From Alphaproteobacteria bacterium (GTDB taxonomy: Bacteria; Pseudomonadota; Alphaproteobacteria; SP197), in assembly GCA_964291415.2 (NCBI GenBank), contig OZ219917.1:1024001-1088000 (forward strand): a stretch of 64,000 nt of DNA, given 5' to 3'. Of this stretch, positions 41,603 through 49,160 are shown piece after piece. The first letter of the stretch is position 1, and every line of letters begins with the position of its first letter. Under the pieces are notes generated by a model, which saw only the letters and a list, made by a program, of their open reading frames with translations, had not been told where the DNA came from and ran no database searches. Both the position numbers and the translations under genes were made by a program.

Positions 41603-42726
41603 GATCCGGCGTCGCGAAGCGCCGCATCGTCGCTGGCGAGACACTTCGAGCGAACATCCTGAATGATCCGGCCGGCCGCTGTCGCTGTCCAGAACCAGTT
41701 GGTCACGGCTCCGGTATCCGTGGCGCCGGTGTGCCCTGCGGCAGACTCCATGTAGTAGGTCTTCAGGTCTTCCGAAGCGAGGCGGAGCTGGTCGATTTCG
41801 GCGCCCTCAGCCATGGTGTCGCCATTGAGCCAGGCGGTGAGCAGCCGGGCGGCACCGGGGGCGTCCATGCCCGATCCACCCAGTGTGGTGCGGCCGCGCC
41901 GTGCGACGCTTGTTTCGTACCACGCGCGCAGGCCGTCAACTTCCTCGATGAGCGGGCCGTCGCGGTTGACGACAAGGCGGTCGAGAACATCCCGGTCCTC
42001 CCCCTCAGGCGGCGCCTCGTCGGTGAAGTCCTCCAGCACGGGTCCGGCGGGCCTGGCGAAGAGATCGAAGAGAGCCATGAGGACGCGCCGCTGGAACGAC
42101 GCATTGCCTGCAGCACCGAAGGGCCTGCCCAGCGGAAACGGCACCCAGAGGGAGCGTGGCGGCCTCACCTCTTCGGCCTGGCGTCGCACCAGTGCGATGA
42201 GTGCCGTCGCCAGTCCCTCGTCCTCCATGAACTTTGCCAGTCCGCTCACGGCGCACGTGCAAAGGGGTCATACGGGGGCGAGGATGACCGTGTTGACTCC
42301 CTCCGCCTTCATCCTGCCGGCAAGGTGGCGCGCCGAACTTTCCATGGCGAGGGGATCGGTCGCTCCCATGAACGAGTAATGGGTCTTCGCCACCGATCCA
42401 ATCGCGCCTTCATCGGCGATCTCCAGGAGCCTTTGCAACGGGAAGACGACATTGATGTCTTCCTGAAAGCCGGTCCGGTCGTGTGAGACCGAAACATGGT
42501 CCTGAACGACATCTGCCGCGCCCTCGACAGGAATACTCCGGTAGTCCGCCGAGCCTTCGCTGAACGCCTGGTCGCCGCGCAGCCGCAGTCCGGCCGAGGA
42601 TACGAGCGACACCCGTCGCATGGATGGTGGCGCCGGCTCCGTCCATGGTGAGCCTGGCACATCGGGACTGGTGAACTCAGTCAGAAACTCCGCCATGTCC
42701 GGGTTGAGGTCAGTTATGCGTACCAA
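41569..42726 (-). CDS. PrdB/GrdB-like (glycine/betaine/proline reductase selenoprotein B family) selenoprotein, 385 aa, Sec153
   Basis: ORF-track pieces 42268-42726 and 41569-42249 are in the same frame, joined by GTA TGA CCC CTT TGC = V-U-P-L-C. Family motifs LVSSAG, D.N.VFP..RL.E, YSFMG and RPPR.L.VPFPLGRP.G. Confidence 0.9.
42232..42264 (-). promoter_or_regulatory. Putative bacterial SECIS hairpin
   Basis: Immediately 3' of the UGA: CTTTGC..GT(G)CGC-CGTGA-GCG(G)AC..GCAAAG. The apical loop starts 18 nt after the UGA with G in its second position. Confidence 0.7.
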
Positions 42727-42737
42727 GGCGCGCCTCC

Positions 42738-44189
42738 TCAGGGTCGGTCAACATCGTCAACGGTATCCAGCATCATCGGAGCAAGAGCATCGACCGTGCG
42801 TCCCGCCCAGTCAATCTGTGGCACCGCGGCCATCATCGCCTTCTGTCCTGCTTCCAGGCGATCCAGTTCGGCCGCAAGGTCGACTGTCACGATCTTTCCA
42901 TCGGCCACCACACGTTCTCCGTCCACCCAGACATCCCTGACCGCACGTTCGGCGGCGACGACGATGAGCGTACGCAAGGGTTCGCGGACCGGCCGCATCG
43001 ACGGGTGGGCGAGATCGATCGCCACCAGGTCCGCCTTGGCCCCGACGCTGATCCTCCCCAGGTCATCGCGCCCGAGGGCTGCGGCGCCGCCGACCGTGGC
43101 GGCATGAAAGATGTCGCTGTAGTCGAGATCGGCGACGCTGCCGGCCACGTGGCGGGCAGCGGCGGCGGCCGTGCGCATCTCGTCCAGCATGTTGTGCGGA
43201 TAGGTGTCCGTACCCATCCCCAGGGCCACCCCGTGCCGCAAGTAGCCGCCGATGGTGTTGAGAGCGATGCCGCGGCGCGAAAACACGGTCGGACAGTGGG
43301 CCACGGCGGCGCCGCTGTCGCGCATCAGATCGAGATCCCGGCGTGTGGTCCAGTGCAGCCACGGGTGATGGTCGAGGAAGATGCAATGGGCGATCGTGCT
43401 TCGTTCATCGAGCACCCCGATGTCGTGCATCCACTGGATCGGCGATGCGCCGTGGCGCCGTTGCATCTCGTGGAATTCGGTGACGGATTGCGCGGCGTGT
43501 ATTGTCCACGGGAGGTTGCGTTCCCTGGCGGCAGCGTGGCTGTCGCGCAGGGTTTCCTCGGTACAGGTGTCGACCTGGGAGGGGGCAACCATGCCCGAAA
43601 GCCGGCCCGAGGGATGCTGGCGCGCCAGCTCGATGACGGTCAGCGCCCGTTCCAGGCCCCGGGCGCCGGCACCGGGTGTCCAGTCGTAGTCAAGGCTGTG
43701 TCCGTCCGCCGTCGACCAGCGCGCATCGCGGAACATCGGGGCGGCGACTCCGCGGATGCCGCTCGCCGCAAGGGCGTCGAGCCAGCCGTCGTAGGGCATG
43801 GAGAGATCGACCGCCGTGGTGACACCCGACAGCAGCAATTCGGCGAGCGCCACCTTGAGACAGGCTTCACGCCCTTCTTCGTCCGTGGGATTGAAGACCG
43901 GCAGGTGTTCGTAGAGCGAGCTGTGCCAGAAGCCCGGGGAATGTGTCTCGTCGGTGATTCCCTTGCGCATCGCCTCGCTCTGGGCATGGGTGTGGATGTT
44001 GACGAGGCCGGGCATGACGAGGAGTCCCGAGCCGTCGATGCGTCGCCCTGCCGGAGCGTCCCGGCCCTTGCCCACATGGGTGATGCTGCCGTTCGCGAAG
44101 GCAAGGTCGGCATGCCGCAAATAGACATGCTTCGTCCCGTCCCAGGCCACGAGCCAGGCAATATCGTGGATGAGAGTTGTGTCATTCAT
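42738..44189 (-). CDS. Amidohydrolase superfamily protein (chlorohydrolase/deaminase-like)
   Basis: MPGLVNIHTH, LLSGVTT, IHAAQ, IAHC, HCP, GTD and G.I.VGAKADL. Ends 11 bp upstream of the selenoprotein gene. Confidence 0.88.
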   Translation of the reverse strand: MNDTTLIHDIAWLVAWDGTKHVYLRHADLAFANGSITHVGKGRDAPAGRRIDGSGLLVMPGLVNIHTHAQSEAMRKGITDETHSPGFWHSSLYEHLPVFNPTDEEGREACLKVALAELLLSGVTTAVDLSMPYDGWLDALAASGIRGVAAPMFRDARWSTADGHSLDYDWTPGAGARGLERALTVIELARQHPSGRLSGMVAPSQVDTCTEETLRDSHAAARERNLPWTIHAAQSVTEFHEMQRRHGASPIQWMHDIGVLDERSTIAHCIFLDHHPWLHWTTRRDLDLMRDSGAAVAHCPTVFSRRGIALNTIGGYLRHGVALGMGTDTYPHNMLDEMRTAAAAARHVAGSVADLDYSDIFHAATVGGAAALGRDDLGRISVGAKADLVAIDLAHPSMRPVREPLRTLIVVAAERAVRDVWVDGERVVADGKIVTVDLAAELDRLEAGQKAMMAAVPQIDWAGRTVDALAPMMLDTVDDVDRP

Positions 44190-44241
44190 GGTTCTGAGCC
44201 GCCATCATAGAATAACCGTGACACGGGAACACCCGGCAGGC

Positions 44242-45300
44242 ATGCGCACACTTCACGAAGACGACATCACGCCGCTGGCCACCGGCGCCTGGATCCTGGG
44301 TTCCGGCGGTGGAGGCAGTCCCTATGACGGTTGGCTCAATCTCACTGCACTCTACCGTGATGGTGTCGCCATCGATCTCGTCGATCCCGGAGAGCTCGGC
44401 GATGACGATCTCGTTGCCGTGGTCTCGACCATGGGAGCGCCGCTGGCCGGCCAGGAGCGTCTCGCCGACCCCGAGCTCTCGGCGGCGCCCGTGCGAGCGC
44501 TCGAGGACTGGCTGGGACGCCGCTTCCAGGCGGTCATGGCCGTCGAGATCGGCGGCGGCAACGGGATCGAGCCTTTTCTGGTCGGCGCCACCCTGGACCT
44601 GCCGGTGGTCGACGCCGACGCCATGGGCCGGGCCTTCCCGGAAGCCCAGATGACCAGCTTCGCCATTCACGATCTTGCCATGTTTCCCCTGGCGCTGGGC
44701 GATGTGCGTGACAACACCGTCATCGTCGCCCGTGCGGCAAGCTGGCAGTGGATGGAACGACTGTCACGGGCCGTCACCACGGCGCTTGGCTCGACCGCGC
44801 CGACCGCCAAGGCGCCGCGCAGCGGCCGCGAGGTCAAGGCTTTCGCCATTCACGGTTCCGTGAGCCGGGCGATCAGGATCGGCCGCGCCGTTCACAATGC
44901 GCAGGAACAACTCGCCGACCCCGTGGCGGCCGTGATCGACAGCGAGGGTGGGCGGTTGCTCTTCACTGGCAAGGTGAACGATGTCAGGCGACGCACCAGC
45001 GAGGGGTTCTTGAGGGGCCGCGCCGTGCTGGAAGGAACGGGAGCTTTCGAGGTCGACTTTCAGAACGAGTACCTGACCGGCCGTCACGACGGTGTGCCGG
45101 TGGTGATGACGCCCGACATCATCTGTCTCATGGATGTCGAATCGGGTGAGGCCGTGGGCACCGAGACCCTGCGCTATGGTCAGAGAATCGCCGTCGTTGC
45201 CCTTCCCGTTCCGGCCATCCTGACCACGCGGCGCGGGCTTGAACTCGTCGGCCCCCGCGCCTTCGGCTATGACTTCGACTACAGGAGTGCCTTCGCCTGA
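44242..45300 (+). CDS. DUF917 family protein (S-methyl thiohydantoin desulfurase-like), copy 1
   Basis: GA.ILGSGGGG.P, MGAP, EIGGGN, VDADAMGRAFPE.QM, FQNE, PD.IC, TE.LRYG and GPRAFG. Confidence 0.88.
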   Translation: MRTLHEDDITPLATGAWILGSGGGGSPYDGWLNLTALYRDGVAIDLVDPGELGDDDLVAVVSTMGAPLAGQERLADPELSAAPVRALEDWLGRRFQAVMAVEIGGGNGIEPFLVGATLDLPVVDADAMGRAFPEAQMTSFAIHDLAMFPLALGDVRDNTVIVARAASWQWMERLSRAVTTALGSTAPTAKAPRSGREVKAFAIHGSVSRAIRIGRAVHNAQEQLADPVAAVIDSEGGRLLFTGKVNDVRRRTSEGFLRGRAVLEGTGAFEVDFQNEYLTGRHDGVPVVMTPDIICLMDVESGEAVGTETLRYGQRIAVVALPVPAILTTRRGLELVGPRAFGYDFDYRSAFA

Positions 45301-45491
45301 TGCCCGCCCTTCACCCCAACAGAACCTCCCGGGCGGCCGTAGCGGGTAGATGGCGGGTCGGCATGCCGGAGAATGAAATGCTTCGTCCCGTCCCTGGCAA
45401 CGGGCCGGTCAACATCGTTGATGACCGTTGAGTCATTGTTGGTTCAGGCCGCCATCTTGGAGCAACCGCGACAAGGGAACACCCGGCAGAG

Positions 45492-46550
45492 ATGCGCACA
45501 CTTCATGAAGACGACATTACGCCGCTGGCTACCGGCGCCTGGATCCTGGGCTCCGGTGGTGGAGGCAGTCCCTATGACGGCTGGCTCAATCTCCAGGCGC
45601 TCTATCGTGACGGTGTCACCATCAATCTCGTCGATCCCGGAGAGCTCGGCGACGACGATCTCGTTGCCGTGGTCGCGACCATGGGAGCGCCGCTTGCCGG
45701 CCAGGAGCGTCTCGCCGACCCCGAACTCTCGGCGGTGCCGGTGCGGTCGCTCGAGGACTGGCTGGGACGCCGCTTCCAGGCGGTCATGGCCGTCGAGATC
45801 GGCGGCGGCAACGGAATCGAACCCTTTCTGGTCGGCGCTGCCCTGGACCTGCCGGTGGTCGATGCCGACACCATGGGCCGCGCGTTTCCGGAAGCCCAGA
45901 TGACGAGCTTCGCCATCCACGATCTTGCCGTGTTTCCCATGGCGCTGGGCGACGTGCGTGACAACACCGTCATCGTCGCCCGTGCGGCGAGCTGGCAGTG
46001 GATGGAGCGACTGTCACGTGTGGTCACCACGGCGCTGGGTTCGACCGCGCCGACAGCCGAGGCGCCGCGCAGTGGCAGCGAGGTGAAGGCCTTTGCCATT
46101 CACGGTTCCGTGAGCCGGGCGATCAGGATCGGCCGCGCAGTTCATAATGCGCAGGAACAACTCGCCGATCCCGTGGCGGCCGTGATCGACAGCGAGGGGG
46201 GACGGTGGCTCTTCACCGGCAAGGTGAACGACGTCAGGCGGCGCACCAGCGAGGGGTTCCTGAGAGGCCGCGCCGTGCTGGAGGGAGCGGGCACCTTCGA
46301 GGTCGACTTCCAGAACGAGTACCTGATTGGCCGTCACGACGGTGTGCCGGTGGTGATGACGCCCGACATCATCTGTCTCATGGATGTCGAATCGGGTGAG
46401 GCCGTAGGCACCGAGACCCTGCGCTATGGTCAGAGAATCGCCGTCGTCGCCCTTCCCGTTCCGGCCATCCTGACCACGCGGCGCGGACTTGAACTCGTCG
46501 GCCCCCGCGCCTTCGGCTACGACTTCGACTACAGAAGTGCCTTTGCGTGA
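45492..46550 (+). CDS. DUF917 family protein, copy 2
   Basis: Same length as copy 1 (352 aa). I count 17 substitutions by eye. Confidence 0.88.
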   Translation: MRTLHEDDITPLATGAWILGSGGGGSPYDGWLNLQALYRDGVTINLVDPGELGDDDLVAVVATMGAPLAGQERLADPELSAVPVRSLEDWLGRRFQAVMAVEIGGGNGIEPFLVGAALDLPVVDADTMGRAFPEAQMTSFAIHDLAVFPMALGDVRDNTVIVARAASWQWMERLSRVVTTALGSTAPTAEAPRSGSEVKAFAIHGSVSRAIRIGRAVHNAQEQLADPVAAVIDSEGGRWLFTGKVNDVRRRTSEGFLRGRAVLEGAGTFEVDFQNEYLIGRHDGVPVVMTPDIICLMDVESGEAVGTETLRYGQRIAVVALPVPAILTTRRGLELVGPRAFGYDFDYRSAFA

Positions 46551-46709
46551 CCCCAACAGCACCTCCCGGTCGGCCGCGACGGGTTGATGGCGGGTTGGTA
46601 CCGTAGGGTGACACTCAGCCACCAGCCGCGGCCGTTTCGTGCAGCCTGAGCGAGTCTGCCAAGTGAAGGAGTCGGGGCGTCGCGCGTCCGCGATGCACCG
46701 GGGCCGGGT

Positions 46710-47747
46710 TCAGTTCGTCTCGACCTTGCCGCCGGCCTCGCGCCAGGCGGCGATGCCGCCGATCATGTGGCAGACATTGCCGACGCCACTCTGGCGCGAG
46801 CTCTCCACCGCCATCGCCGAGCGCTCGCCGAAAGCGCAGTAGTAGACCAGCCGGTGGCCGGGACGGCCGGCGAGCGCGCGCAGCGCTCCGCCAGGCTCGA
46901 TCATCTCCGCGAGACGATCGTAGGGCGCATGCACCGAGCCGGGGATGGTGCCCTCGCGGGCCCGCTCGCCGGCCTCGCGCAGGTCGACGAGGATGTCGTC
47001 GGGCCGGTGGCCGTGCATCACTTCGCGTGCGCTCATCGCGCACTCAGGATGTGCCTCGTCCTCCTGGCCGCGGCCAACGCTCAGGTTCGCGGGCACGGCC
47101 ACGTCCATCATCTTGGGGTCGGCGAGATTCAGGCCGTCCATCAGCACCGCGTACTCTGCGGGCGAGGCGACCTGGAGGCGGGGATTGAAGCGCCTTTCCT
47201 CGCCGATGGTGCTCACCGTGTCGCCCTTGTAGTCGTGGCCGGGGTAGACCAGGGTCTCGTCGGGCAGGGTCAGCAACTTTCCGAAGAGCGAGTCGTACTG
47301 CTGCAGCGCGTCGCCGTTCTGGAAGTCGGTGCGGCCTGTGCCCCGGATCAGCAACGTGTCGCCGGTGAAGACGCGGTCCTCCATCACAAAGCTGTAGGAC
47401 TCCGCGGTGTGCCCCGGCGTGTAGAGCGCGCTCAGGCTCACGCCCTCGATCTCGATCAGGTCGCCGTCGCCGACGCGCATCGAGACCACGTCCACCGGCG
47501 CCTCCCGGCCCATCACGGTGACGCAGCGGGTGCGGTCGCGCAGTTCCGCCATGCCGCTGATGTGGTCGGCGTGGACATGGGTATCGAGCACCTTGGCAAG
47601 CGTGAGGTCGAGTTCGTCCAGCAGCGCGAGGTAGCGCTCCACCCGCTCCTCGACCGGGTCGATGATGAGCGCCTCGCCGCCGGCGCGTCCGCCCAGCAGA
47701 TAGGTGTAGGTGCCCGAATCCTGATGGTAGAGCTGGCGAAAGATCAT
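46710..47747 (-). CDS. Persulfide dioxygenase (ETHE1-like MBL fold) fused to rhodanese
   Basis: MIFRQL, TYTYL, DTHVHADHISG, TPGHT, FTGDTLLIRG.GRTDFQ and YPGHDY. Rhodanese part VDLRE..E...G.IPG and YC.FG.RS. Confidence 0.92.
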   Translation of the reverse strand: MIFRQLYHQDSGTYTYLLGGRAGGEALIIDPVEERVERYLALLDELDLTLAKVLDTHVHADHISGMAELRDRTRCVTVMGREAPVDVVSMRVGDGDLIEIEGVSLSALYTPGHTAESYSFVMEDRVFTGDTLLIRGTGRTDFQNGDALQQYDSLFGKLLTLPDETLVYPGHDYKGDTVSTIGEERRFNPRLQVASPAEYAVLMDGLNLADPKMMDVAVPANLSVGRGQEDEAHPECAMSAREVMHGHRPDDILVDLREAGERAREGTIPGSVHAPYDRLAEMIEPGGALRALAGRPGHRLVYYCAFGERSAMAVESSRQSGVGNVCHMIGGIAAWREAGGKVETN

Positions 47748-47948
47748 CGTCGGTCTCCGCCCTCTTGGTTTTCCGGACGCCATTGTAGAGCCTTGCGGCC
47801 GCGTCCGGCCAGCGTCATCCGGAGTTTCATCGCGCTGTTCCGGTCTCGCTGGTCCTTCGGCTACGATGGCGTTGGCAGGGGCCACCTGGCCTCCATCGCA
47901 ACGGCGCCCCGCGGGCGGTCGGAGCCCGTGGGTTGCGGGGGGCGGAAC

Positions 47949-49055
47949 ATGAAGATCAGGCGCATCAGCGTCTACCGGATCGATCTGCCACTGAAGGAAT
48001 CGTACGGCCTCTCGGGCGGGCGACTTGTGACCGAACGCCTTGACAGCACGTTTGTCAGAATTGACACCGACTGCGGTCTCGAAGGGTGGGGCGAGGGGTG
48101 TCCCTGGGGCCATACATACCTTCCGGCCCACGGCCAGGGGCTGAGGGCCTCGCTCGAGGTGCTGGCACCCTCTCTGCTGGGACGGGACCCGCGCGCTGTC
48201 GAAACCGTCAACCGGGCGATGGACGCCTGTCTCCCCGGTCACCTCTACGCCAAGTCGCCCATCGACATGGCCTGCTGGGATCTTGTAGGCAAGGCGACGG
48301 GTGAGCCGCTGTGGCGACTCTTCGGCGCAGAGGAGCCCGCTGCGGTCGAGATCAACTCATCGATTCCCACCGGCACGCCAGCGGCCATGGTGGCGGGAAT
48401 CGAACGGGCCCGCAGGGAAGGATACCGTACCCACTCGGCCAAGCTGGGCGGACATGATGCGGCAGCCGACATCGAGCGGATCGAAGCCATCGAAGATGCC
48501 CGGGTGGCAGGGGAACAGATCACCTGGGACATCAACCGGGCGTGGACGCCTGCGATTGCTTTCGAGGTGCTGAACACCGTCCCGTCCATGGCATGGGTGG
48601 AGCAGCCCTGCGAGACCCTCGAGGAGTGCGCCATGGTGGCACGCAAGGTCCGCCAGCCGGTGTTGCTGGACGAATGCCTGCATGACGTCAGGGATCATCT
48701 CCTGGCCTGGCGTGCCGGCGCCTTCGCCGGCATCAAGGTCAAGCCCAACCGCCTCGGCGGCCTGACGCGGGCGCGGCGCATCCGCGATCTCGCCATGGAC
48801 GTTGGCTGGAGGATGCACATCGAGGATGTTGGCGGCAGCGCGCTCGCCGACACCGCTGCGGTTCACCTCGCCGCCTCCACGCCACAGCCGTACCGCATGG
48901 CCAGCTGGCCGGCCCATGCCCACCTGGCTCGTGATCCCGTGCCCGGCCAGGGGGTACGCAATCGCGGCGGGTTCCTGGCGCCCACGGGGTGTCCCGGAAC
49001 CGGAGTGGTTCCCGATGAGGAGCACACGGGACCGCCGGTCGCTGTCTACGGTTGA
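47949..49055 (+). CDS. Mandelate racemase/MLE (enolase superfamily) enzyme, hydroxyproline/proline-betaine subgroup-like
   Basis: MKI..I..Y..DLPL, GWGE.CP.G..YLP, AKS.IDMACWD, D.N, EQP, LDE and K..R.GGLT. The true start is 47949, not the ORF-track 46767. Confidence 0.85.
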   Translation: MKIRRISVYRIDLPLKESYGLSGGRLVTERLDSTFVRIDTDCGLEGWGEGCPWGHTYLPAHGQGLRASLEVLAPSLLGRDPRAVETVNRAMDACLPGHLYAKSPIDMACWDLVGKATGEPLWRLFGAEEPAAVEINSSIPTGTPAAMVAGIERARREGYRTHSAKLGGHDAAADIERIEAIEDARVAGEQITWDINRAWTPAIAFEVLNTVPSMAWVEQPCETLEECAMVARKVRQPVLLDECLHDVRDHLLAWRAGAFAGIKVKPNRLGGLTRARRIRDLAMDVGWRMHIEDVGGSALADTAAVHLAASTPQPYRMASWPAHAHLARDPVPGQGVRNRGGFLAPTGCPGTGVVPDEEHTGPPVAVYG

Positions 49056-49099
49056 GGTCTGAATCAGCGGCACCGAACCGCAGGCCGCCGTTGCACCGC

Positions 49100-49127
49100 T
49101 TGACGGGTAGTCGCTGGGGCACACAAT
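49100..49127 (+). promoter_or_regulatory. Possible sigma70 promoter of the RiPP maturase genes
   Basis: TTGACG-N16-CACAAT upstream of the 49161 start. Confidence 0.3.
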
Positions 49128-49160
49128 GACGGGGTACTCCTTCGAATGAGGGCGCCAGTC

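Larger units (their letters stand above)
44105..46597 (+). repeat. About 1.25-kb tandem duplication (about 44105-45355 and 45356-46597)
   Basis: Both units begin GGTCGGCATGCCG, include the first about 85 bp of the amidohydrolase gene plus the intergenic region, and end in CCCCAACAG.ACCTCCCGG.CGGCCG...GATGGCGGGT. Confidence 0.9.

Noticed and set aside
45311-45499. Small ORF between the DUF917 copies
   Set aside because: It is the decayed duplicate of the amidohydrolase 5' end.
46710-49055. Long N-terminal extensions of the dioxygenase (510 aa) and enolase-family (762 aa) ORFs
   Set aside because: Mutual antisense overlap. Family homology starts at 47747 and 47949.
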